Notes: generated by a model from the sequence alone, not told the origin. 32,000 nucleotides of DNA from Fastidiosibacter lacustris (GCF_003428155.1 NZ_QLIR01000012.1:1-32000), one strand, 5' to 3'; counted from the stretch's first letter, positions 6,677 to 14,382 are shown. Made by a program: numbers and translations.

Positions 6677-7477
6677 ATGAGAATAATAAAAATCATCACT
6701 ATCTATACTTTAATTTTACCAACAATTATTTTAGCCTATGATTTGTCGCAAAAAACTCAAGCAGATCAAATAATACGATTAAGTAAGGAAGATGGTGTAT
6801 ATCACCCTAAATTAAAAATAAAAGGAATCGATAATAAACAAAGCAAACGTAATGTATATCAAAATGAGTATGGTGTTGTTGTTATTGTCTCCAACCAAAG
6901 CTTAATTAAAATATTACATAAAGCTAATGACTTAGCATACCAAAACCCTAAATTTCGTCCAACAACAACTCCTCATATTACTATAGTTCAAGGGGTGTAC
7001 AAAGGCGATAAATTTATTCAGTTACAAAAAGCAGTTAAATCAATTGCTGAACATACGTTTCCATATGTAGTTACGATGCAAAACAGCTTCACTAAAGGTG
7101 GCGGTGGAAATACATTTCTCAATGTATCTGATGGCAAATATTTTTTTGACAGATTAACAACCTATATGACGAATAAAGTTCAACCAGATGCACCAATGAA
7201 GCAAACACTTGACGATATTGAAGCTGGAGTTGCAGATTTAAAAGAGATGCATGTTGGTGGAGCATGGAGAGATTTTAATTTGCCATATAATAATAATCCT
7301 CATATTACAGTTGTGTACGGTAAGAATGATCCAAGTTTACTGAGGAACCTAAATGAAATTATTCAACCACAATCACTATCATTCATAGCAAAAGCAATAT
7401 CTATTTATCAAATAGATGAAGTTGGCAATTTATATGGTAAGCCATTATATCAAGTAAACTTTAACTTAGAGCCATGA
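6677..7477 (+). CDS. exported 2H-phosphoesterase superfamily protein (LigT / cyclic phosphodiesterase-like)
   Basis: 266 aa. The N-terminus is hydrophobic (MRIIKIITIYTLILPTIILAYD). Two H-x-T-x motifs, PHITIVQG and PHITVVYG, lie about 110 residues apart, which is the defining feature of the 2H fold. Confidence 0.6.
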   Translation: MRIIKIITIYTLILPTIILAYDLSQKTQADQIIRLSKEDGVYHPKLKIKGIDNKQSKRNVYQNEYGVVVIVSNQSLIKILHKANDLAYQNPKFRPTTTPHITIVQGVYKGDKFIQLQKAVKSIAEHTFPYVVTMQNSFTKGGGGNTFLNVSDGKYFFDRLTTYMTNKVQPDAPMKQTLDDIEAGVADLKEMHVGGAWRDFNLPYNNNPHITVVYGKNDPSLLRNLNEIIQPQSLSFIAKAISIYQIDEVGNLYGKPLYQVNFNLEP

Positions 7478-7526
7478 TTAAAGAGTTAGAAACAAAAGGC
7501 GCTTTGCATTATCAGATGTTCAACGA

Positions 7527-8021
7527 ATGTCGGAAATAAACTCATGCGAAGAAGTTATGAGATTTTTTCCGAAGATATACACATTTGAGGATACATTAAA
7601 CTTTGTTAAAAATGTGATAAAAAAGTATGAAAATAATGACTTAGCGGTATATGCTTGTGTATCTAAATCAAACAATACTTTTATTGGTTCTGTTGGGATT
7701 ACATATCATAATTTTAAATCTTTTTTTACGCCATGTTATGAGGTCGGTTGGAGGCTTGATAAACAATATTGGAACGAAGGGTATGCTACCGAAGCAGCTA
7801 AGGGTGTCCTAAATTATGGATTGATCGAATTATGTATCGATGAGATTGTTTCTTATTCGCCAGTTATAAACACAGGATCAATAAGGGTAATGCAGAAAAT
7901 AGGTATGAAGTTTTATCAAGAATACTTCAATCATACGTTGTGGGATAAAAATAGCCCGCTATCAAAACATATTTTGTATAGAATAACCCGCGAAGAGTAT
8001 TTGCGAGATTTGAAAAAATAA
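7527..8021 (+). CDS. GNAT N-acetyltransferase (RimJ/RimL-like, Acetyltransf_3), apparently 5'-disrupted by a frameshift
   Basis: VGWRLDKQYWNEGYATEAAKGVLNYGL...IRVMQKIGM is a typical RimJ/L-like GNAT core. The expected N-terminus (M.KELETKR...L) is encoded upstream in another frame from ATG 7474 (see findings). Confidence 0.75.
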   Translation: MSEINSCEEVMRFFPKIYTFEDTLNFVKNVIKKYENNDLAVYACVSKSNNTFIGSVGITYHNFKSFFTPCYEVGWRLDKQYWNEGYATEAAKGVLNYGLIELCIDEIVSYSPVINTGSIRVMQKIGMKFYQEYFNHTLWDKNSPLSKHILYRITREEYLRDLKK

Positions 8022-8252
8022 ATAGAGATATTAAGCAAACTTAAAATGATTAACCAGACACAGCTAAAGCAAATAAATAAACAACAAAATGGCTGAATGT
8101 GTAATGTAAGCTTGATTTTCAAAGGATAGTTTTGTAGTTTTGCGGTTAGAGAATTTAGTATGTATGAAAATCGACACTAAAAATCGGTTGAATGATGCGT
8201 AAAGTAGTGACTTATATTGAAAGATAGTGCCTTTTTTTGCAATAAAAAATAT

Positions 8253-9536
8253 ATGACTGATAACAAATTGGTGCTGTATTTCTGTACTATTTTTTTAGCC
8301 ATTGCACTTTACATAGACCTGTCATCCTTGTATAAGGATAAAAAATATGAATTTTTCCAACAACAAGCTACAATAGATGAAAATTTACAGTATCTTCAAA
8401 GTGGTTATGTTCATCTAATTGATCAATTGACCGAAGCGATTGTACAGAATAAAAAGCAGAAAAATCCTTCTGAGGAAGTGATATTACAAACCATCAGAAA
8501 GTATTACGCGACTTTAGAAAAAATAAGTGCTGAATGGGTCAATATTGTCTGGTATGACGGAAATGATTCAATGTTTATTAATCAACTTGGAATTGCTAAT
8601 TATCGCAATAAAAGCAAGGTTAATAACCTTTTTAGTTACTGCAAACCTCTAATTTACTTAGATAATACTATTAATGGCAGAGTCTGTATTGAAGTTAGTT
8701 TCAACGCATTAGAAAATTACCTTTCAGCGTTATTGTCTGAGGATGTATTATTGTTTGAAGACCACTATGCGGTAGAAAGGCATTATGATAAGAAAGTTTT
8801 TACAATCCAATTTTTAAATAAAACAACGTGGGTATTAGTGCCTGATAAACCAATATTTTCGCAATTTAATATCGCAAAGTATGTTTATTTCTTTATCGGC
8901 AGTAGTATTGTGGTGCTGATAATTAGAAGACATAAACGTCAATTAATGCGTCAACACAAAAAGCATCAACGAGTTGTCAAAGCGTTTGCGGATGAAAAAG
9001 GATTGTATTGTCAATTATTGCAGTATCACCATGGTGCCAATTATTGTGATTTTATTGACCGATATAGGATTGATTCATTGGTTAACGCTTTTGATCAAGA
9101 GATACGTTCTTTGAATTTAAACGTTGTTACTTCTATTGATGAAGCGGTCTACCAACATCAATTTAATATTTTTGCATTGCAAACTTTGCTGTTGCATTTT
9201 ATAGGAGAAGCAATTTCTAATATACAGAAAAAGGGTGAAATTAGTATTAAGCTTGATGTGGAAAATGATAATTATATTCATTGTGTTTATTCTGATAATT
9301 GTTATGTTTTTGCTGAAGAAAACCGATTTAGTGGCAAAGAAGTGACGCAATCAGATTATTTTCATTACTTTAAACTCACTAATCAACAGATCATTTGCTT
9401 TATAGAAAAGCATTATATTGAAATTGTTACAGAAGTATCAAAGTATCAGGGAAAGCAGATACTGATAAAGTTACCTTTGAATCAAACGACCAAAGAATAT
9501 AATGTTGTAGCTATGTTTGATAAGGAAGAATTATGA
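8253..9536 (+). CDS. membrane sensor-like protein with a degenerate histidine-kinase ATPase-like C-terminal domain
   Basis: The tracked ORF starts at TTG 8217, and the first ATG is at 8253. There are two predicted TM helices (LVLYFCTIFLAIALYIDL and YVYFFIGSSIVVLII) bracketing about 185 aa. The C-terminus resembles HATPase_c: LLLHFIGEAISNI (N-box-like), IHCVYSDNCYVF (in place of DxGxG) and GKQILIKLPL. I see no H-box. Confidence 0.5.
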   Translation: MTDNKLVLYFCTIFLAIALYIDLSSLYKDKKYEFFQQQATIDENLQYLQSGYVHLIDQLTEAIVQNKKQKNPSEEVILQTIRKYYATLEKISAEWVNIVWYDGNDSMFINQLGIANYRNKSKVNNLFSYCKPLIYLDNTINGRVCIEVSFNALENYLSALLSEDVLLFEDHYAVERHYDKKVFTIQFLNKTTWVLVPDKPIFSQFNIAKYVYFFIGSSIVVLIIRRHKRQLMRQHKKHQRVVKAFADEKGLYCQLLQYHHGANYCDFIDRYRIDSLVNAFDQEIRSLNLNVVTSIDEAVYQHQFNIFALQTLLLHFIGEAISNIQKKGEISIKLDVENDNYIHCVYSDNCYVFAEENRFSGKEVTQSDYFHYFKLTNQQIICFIEKHYIEIVTEVSKYQGKQILIKLPLNQTTKEYNVVAMFDKEEL

Positions 9537-11899
9537 AGATGCTGCAAAAAGTACCAATAGTGCTATTTTTAATATTTAAAACTTTTTCGATTTGTTTTGC
9601 GGATATTGCTTTAATGGTAAATGTCCCGATGGCTAACAATCTGTTTGTTGGTAGAGATGATTATTTAACAAATATGCACACTTATTTATTAAAGCACAAC
9701 ATAATCACACTGTATGGCTCTGGTGGTATTGGTAAAACACAAATTGCAAAGCAGTATACTTATAGATATCACAATGATTATGAGATTGTGTGGTGGATTA
9801 AATCAAACGAAGATTTGACGAAACAGATTCAGTTGATGATAGAAAAATGGAATGAATCTGCTTCTGTTGAAAATAAGATCATCCTCAGCAAGCAAATTGA
9901 GGTTGATCTAAAACATCTTCAGGAAGTTATTCAATCATCTCAATATCATTGGCTGATTATTTTAGATGATTATGATAAAAATTTAATTGTATTAGAAAAA
10001 TTTGTTGCACAGATTGCTAAAATGGCTCAAGTTAAGCTAATTTTGACCAATCGTGACGGAACCGTAATTTTAGGTGATCATAAAATGAATATTAAGCAAT
10101 TTACTCGAAAGGAATCGTTGGAGTATTTAAAGCAATTTTCTAATCCAGAGAATAGGGATGATCTAATCAGTCATCAGATGTTGGCGGAATTACTTAGTGA
10201 TTATCCTTTGTCAATAGCGTCTGCTTTTGCCTACATAGAAACGTTGCCCATCACGGTGAAAGATTATATAGGATTATATAAGAGTTGTGTTGGTGATATT
10301 AAGAAAATAGAGGGAGATGTCGTTTCACGTCTTGGTAAAAACTATGTTGATCGGTATGGGATGACATTACAGACAACCGTTAACATTTCATTAGAAAAAA
10401 TAAGTCAAGATTATCCTTTGGCGATCGAGATATTAAAATTGATGACACTGGTTGATAATAAAAGCATTCCTGAAGATTTACTTCTGAACTATTTATCTAT
10501 TGATAAGGTAAAATATAGCGAGGCAATACATATTTTGATGGCATATGGTTTAATTGAGTATTCTGATAGTAAAGCATCTTTTAGATGTCATGATGAGCTT
10601 CATAGAGCGTTTAATTTTTACTTTGATGAGAATGAGTTAAAGTATTTATTGCCTAAGATTATTGCTAGTATTAATTCATTACTTTCAGAAGATATTTTCT
10701 ATCTAAATGTGTTTATAGCGAAGCAGCGAAGTTTTATTAAGCACATTGAGAAATTGTATCAGCATGCGCAACGGTTTGGCTTTGTTAATAATGAGTTAAT
10801 TCGATTAAAGACTAAACAATTGGAATTTGTACTGACTAATCAGCGAGATAAGCAAGCAGCAAATAAGGTGATAAATGAAATAACTCAGTTAATAGCGAAA
10901 CTTGAAGATCAGAAAAGTAAGGTAGATAGTTTGGTTAAGGCAAGATTTTTATTAATGCAGAGTACCTATACAGACTGGATGTTAGCAGATTATAAGCTTT
11001 CAACACAGCAAGCAAAAGAAGCTGAGTATTTAATTGAACAAATTCATTCGCAGTCGATTAATAGAGAAAAATTAATGTTGGCAACAAGACTGTCTCAGGT
11101 GTATGCATATCAGGGTGATTATAATAAAGCATTAATCTATGTTGCTAAAGGTGAAGATATTATTGCTAAAGATAAGTCAGCAAATATAGCTTTTTTAACC
11201 ATTTTAATGGCTTCAAAATCAATAGGTTATTACCATCAGGGAGATTTTAAAAAAGCGGCAGATATTGAAAAAACAGCTACCGAGTCGGCATCTTCTAATG
11301 ACAGTAATAACATGGTATATCAAAAAGGGAATGTGTTTGCCATTCCTTTATTACTTGATAAATATCGTATGATGATTAAGGCAAAAGAATCGCTAAACGA
11401 GAGTTTAACGAAATTAACTGAAATGGAACACGATATTATCTCATTTTATGGAGAGCATAATTATTTTCTGAATAAGCTGTATTTTGCTAAAGCAGATTGT
11501 CTTTTTGCACTGGGTGAGTTTACTGAAGCCAATATTTATATAGACAAAGTATTACCACATATTCAAGGTGATGATATATCGAATGCTAAAATTAACCCTA
11601 TTATTGTGATACAGGCAATTAAGCTAAAAGGCGATATACTGAGAAGCTTAGGCAATTATGTTGAAGCAGAGTCTTATTATCTGTACGCAGAAAGATTATC
11701 AAATAAATATTTCACCTATAAAGCAGTACAGGATATTAGTGATTTATATATCAGCATGGTTATCAACAAATTAGATAGATATGATATTCATGGCGCGTTA
11801 GCGTATAAACGCAAGCATGATAAGCTTTTTGGAAAGCAGCATTCGGGTTATTATAAAATTACTTTGTATTTAAAGGAAAAAAGCTCAGATGGACAGTAA
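9533..11899 (+). CDS. STAND NTPase: NB-ARC-like P-loop domain + C-terminal TPR array, with an N-terminal hydrophobic helix
   Basis: 788 aa. Motifs: FVGRDDYL...LYGSGGIGKTQIAKQY (Walker A), HWLIILDDYD (Walker B), KLILTNRD (RNBS-B-like) and LSDYPLSIASAF (GxPL-like). Several TPR-like units are present (SQVYAYQGDYNKALIYVAKG, GYYHQGDFKKAADI, CLFALGEFTEANIYIDKV, LRSLGNYVEAESYYLYAE). The start ATG overlaps the upstream stop (ATGA) and is preceded by AAGGAAG. Confidence 0.8.
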   Translation: MKMLQKVPIVLFLIFKTFSICFADIALMVNVPMANNLFVGRDDYLTNMHTYLLKHNIITLYGSGGIGKTQIAKQYTYRYHNDYEIVWWIKSNEDLTKQIQLMIEKWNESASVENKIILSKQIEVDLKHLQEVIQSSQYHWLIILDDYDKNLIVLEKFVAQIAKMAQVKLILTNRDGTVILGDHKMNIKQFTRKESLEYLKQFSNPENRDDLISHQMLAELLSDYPLSIASAFAYIETLPITVKDYIGLYKSCVGDIKKIEGDVVSRLGKNYVDRYGMTLQTTVNISLEKISQDYPLAIEILKLMTLVDNKSIPEDLLLNYLSIDKVKYSEAIHILMAYGLIEYSDSKASFRCHDELHRAFNFYFDENELKYLLPKIIASINSLLSEDIFYLNVFIAKQRSFIKHIEKLYQHAQRFGFVNNELIRLKTKQLEFVLTNQRDKQAANKVINEITQLIAKLEDQKSKVDSLVKARFLLMQSTYTDWMLADYKLSTQQAKEAEYLIEQIHSQSINREKLMLATRLSQVYAYQGDYNKALIYVAKGEDIIAKDKSANIAFLTILMASKSIGYYHQGDFKKAADIEKTATESASSNDSNNMVYQKGNVFAIPLLLDKYRMMIKAKESLNESLTKLTEMEHDIISFYGEHNYFLNKLYFAKADCLFALGEFTEANIYIDKVLPHIQGDDISNAKINPIIVIQAIKLKGDILRSLGNYVEAESYYLYAERLSNKYFTYKAVQDISDLYISMVINKLDRYDIHGALAYKRKHDKLFGKQHSGYYKITLYLKEKSSDGQ

Positions 11900-11931
11900 T
11901 AGTGATTATTTAGCAGGTTTTTTTATACTAT

Positions 11932-12435
11932 TTAGAAATATTGCTTAATAATCCATTCTGCAAAAACCTGATCAGGTGAATTTAGTTTTTTTGAGAGAGA
12001 AAATTCATAAATTTCGCTGATGGCTTTTACAGAAGTTTTGGTATCTATAAAAGGAATATTTTTTTCTTTAACTATTTTGTCATAAACTTCGACACATTGT
12101 AAAAAATACTTTTTATGCCATTCTAATTTCAGGTCAATTTTGCTTGAGGTATCACGTAAAGATGGGAAAACTTGGTAGTTTAATTTTTCTTCTCCTATAA
12201 TTTCTTCAATAGAAACATGAAAAAATCTGGCTAATGGAATTAACGTTTGAACTTTGGGAATACCTCTAGCCATGGTAAGTTGATGCAGAGTATTTGGTAA
12301 AATACCTGTTGCATCAGCTAATTCGCTGATAGTAATACCTCTTTCGATAATGAGTCTTTTTAAAATGACGGCAAACTTTTTGGTGAGAGTGTTGACTTCA
12401 AGAGGTTTTATTTCAGGTTCTTTTTGTGCAGACAT
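11932..12435 (-). CDS. XRE-family HTH transcriptional regulator with an uncharacterised C-terminal domain
   Basis: 167 aa. ILKRLIIERGITISELADATGILPNTLHQLTMARGIPKVQTLIPLARFFHVSIEEII is a classical HTH_3/XRE domain. It is convergent with the STAND gene and divergent from the transfer region. Confidence 0.8.
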   Translation of the reverse strand: MSAQKEPEIKPLEVNTLTKKFAVILKRLIIERGITISELADATGILPNTLHQLTMARGIPKVQTLIPLARFFHVSIEEIIGEEKLNYQVFPSLRDTSSKIDLKLEWHKKYFLQCVEVYDKIVKEKNIPFIDTKTSVKAISEIYEFSLSKKLNSPDQVFAEWIIKQYF

Positions 12436-12523
12436 TATTTGAATATCTATATTTTATCATGAGCTATAAAATAGCAAAAAATGTGTTTAAAAACAAATTA
12501 AAAAGAATTATGCAAAAAAGTTG

Positions 12524-12552
12524 TTTACATACAAATTAATTGTTAATACAAT
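12524..12552 (+). promoter_or_regulatory. candidate sigma70 promoter facing the transfer region
   Basis: TTTACA (12524-12529), a 17-nt spacer, then TACAAT (12547-12552). It lies in very AT-rich DNA, so a chance match is possible. It sits about 360 nt upstream of the first tra-side ORF. Confidence 0.3.
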
Positions 12553-12911
12553 AAATTAATGTTATTTTATAATTTGTTTAACTATTGATGTTTAAACTTA
12601 GAAGATGGGTTTCAACTTTGCTGATAAAATTTTAGCGGAAAAAGACTTATGTTATCTAGGCAGTAATTGAAAAGCATATCGTTTAGCCAGCATTGTTAAA
12701 GTTAAGATTTAATTAAATGACTAAAAATTTACAAGAAGGACTTCACCGAAAGTTTGGCGACTAGAGAGTGAAGCCCTAAGAAAGAACTGATCAAAGATCA
12801 GCAGGTCAATATTAGACGAGATTTGCTTATTCGTAAATAGGTCTATCCGATTCGCTTTTCTTTATTTCAGTCAAATGAACCTGTTTAACAACGAGAATAA
12901 AGGAGTGTTTT

Positions 12912-13094
12912 GTGCTAACAAAAAACATCCAGCTTCGTGCAAAGGTACATCGACCATTGCGTCAATATTGCCTGGATCACGATACAACGATTACGGATGC
13001 TATCAGTGAGATTGTTGGCAAGTATTTGATTAGCAAGGGTTATACGCTGGCTGATCCAAGAAAGTTAAGCGGTGATTTTAAACAGAGCAAATAA
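12912..13094 (+). CDS. ribbon-helix-helix-like small DNA-binding protein (TraY-like position)
   Basis: 60 aa with a GTG start, preceded by AAAGGAG 6 nt upstream. KNIQLRAKVHRPLRQYCLDHDTTITDAISEIVGKYL fits the strand-helix-helix layout. It is the first ORF on the transfer-operon strand. Confidence 0.5.
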   Translation: MLTKNIQLRAKVHRPLRQYCLDHDTTITDAISEIVGKYLISKGYTLADPRKLSGDFKQSK

Positions 13095-13413
13095 GTTTAT
13101 ATCCAGTTTTGAACTGGTCGGTTTATCACACCGTCAACCTGATCACTCTATAGCGGTCAGGTAAAAGTGAGCTTGCAATTATTAGCACTAACAATAATGC
13201 AAAAAATAGAACAACCGCTGTGATATGATGTTGGGAAAGTAACAAGTACCGTCAAATCAGCCTAAAGCGTTAAACGCGTGACTAAAGTCGAGGCTCATCT
13301 AGCAAGTTGCCCAAATGGAGTGGGGGATTTTTTTATCATTAAATATATCAATGTGCATTGATTATATAGGCTCAGTGTTCATTAGTGTATTTAATGAAAA
13401 GGAGAGAGACAGG

Positions 13414-13734
13414 ATGATTTTAAAATTCAATAAATCAAAACTCAAGTTAATTCAGTCACATAAAACCTATACTGGAGCAAGTGAAGAATATAATAGTGAT
13501 AAGATCAATTGCAAAGCAAAAGAGCTAATGAATACCAATCCCAACATCACAAGACAAAGCGCTTATGATAAAGCCAGACAAATTTGCAACAAAGGCAAAA
13601 ATATAGGTAAAAAGATTAAGCTTGCTATTCATGACGAAACAGTGCGCAGCTTAGCACTTGCCTATAAGAGGACTAAGGGGATGTCAAATCGACAAGCTTA
13701 TCGTCAGGCATGTAGGCAGCTAGCAATAAATTGA
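13414..13734 (+). CDS. hypothetical basic protein with an internal duplicated motif
   Basis: The start is taken at Met34 of the tracked ORF (ATG 13414), preceded by AAAGGAGAGAG. It contains two similar segments, ITRQSAYDKARQIC and MSNRQAYRQACRQL. Confidence 0.5.
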   Translation: MILKFNKSKLKLIQSHKTYTGASEEYNSDKINCKAKELMNTNPNITRQSAYDKARQICNKGKNIGKKIKLAIHDETVRSLALAYKRTKGMSNRQAYRQACRQLAIN

Positions 13735-13994
13735 TAATTCTAAACAACTTTTAGCAAACACAAATATCCTTAACTAATTGTCCTTATAAATCGTATTTAG
13801 TGGGGGCTGACAACAATCAGGCACTTTAAGCTATTTGTGTTTGTAAAATTATAATATTAGGGAAGTTAATCAAGTCAATAAGGTCATTAAAGCCATTCAA
13901 TTAAGCACAGTTATTGTTTTTTACAAAAAACCATTTGATAGCGGTAGCTGTTCTTAATGTGGGGTTTTTGTTTTAAATCAAGAGGTCAATAATT

Positions 13995-14078
13995 ATGGAC
14001 GGTGAAGACGTTACTGAAAGTGAAGAAGCAGAAAAAATTGAAATTGAGTTTAAAGCAGCTCAACAGCTGTTTGAGTAA
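13995..14078 (+). CDS. possible 27-aa acidic micro-ORF
   Basis: MDGEDVTESEEAEKIEIEFKAAQQLFE*, preceded by AGAGG 8 nt upstream. It is too short for the ORF track, and there is no other support. Confidence 0.25.
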   Translation: MDGEDVTESEEAEKIEIEFKAAQQLFE

Positions 14079-14133
14079 GGCTATACTCTAAAAATTTAAA
14101 CACTCTACAGTGAGGTAATAAAGTGAGGTAATT

Positions 14134-14382
14134 ATGTCCAAATCATTAGATAAAGTGAAAAAAGGTTGGAAAACCTACCGCAAGTACGAAAATAAAGCAT
14201 CGGTACCGATTTTTCTGTTTTTTAAGCTTGTGTTGATTGTATCTGTTTTATTTTATGTGACCCCTAGCGCAAGTGATAAAAGCTATTTTATTGCGTTTGT
14301 TGTACTGGTTGTCGTGGTGATATCCTCATGTATTGGCGTATGGGTAAAAAAGAAAAATCAATATAATCGCAAGGATAAGTAG
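14134..14382 (+). CDS. small two-TM membrane protein
   Basis: 82 aa with Lys-rich termini and two hydrophobic helices (VPIFLFFKLVLIVSVLFYV and YFIAFVVLVVVVISSCIGVWV). TGAGGT lies 5 nt before the ATG. Confidence 0.55.
   Translation: MSKSLDKVKKGWKTYRKYENKASVPIFLFFKLVLIVSVLFYVTPSASDKSYFIAFVVLVVVVISSCIGVWVKKKNQYNRKDK

Noticed and set aside
7931-8122. 63-aa minus-strand ORF at the GNAT 3' end. The 77-aa minus-strand ORF at 9117-9350 is similar.
   Set aside because: Both overlap supported + strand genes and give hydrophobic, low-complexity antisense translations with no SD.
14134-14382. The 82-aa two-TM protein as the pilin (TraA)
   Set aside because: It has no long leader with an Ala-x-Ala-type cleavage site and is not adjacent to traL. 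ORF 15601-15975 fits propilin architecture and position much better.
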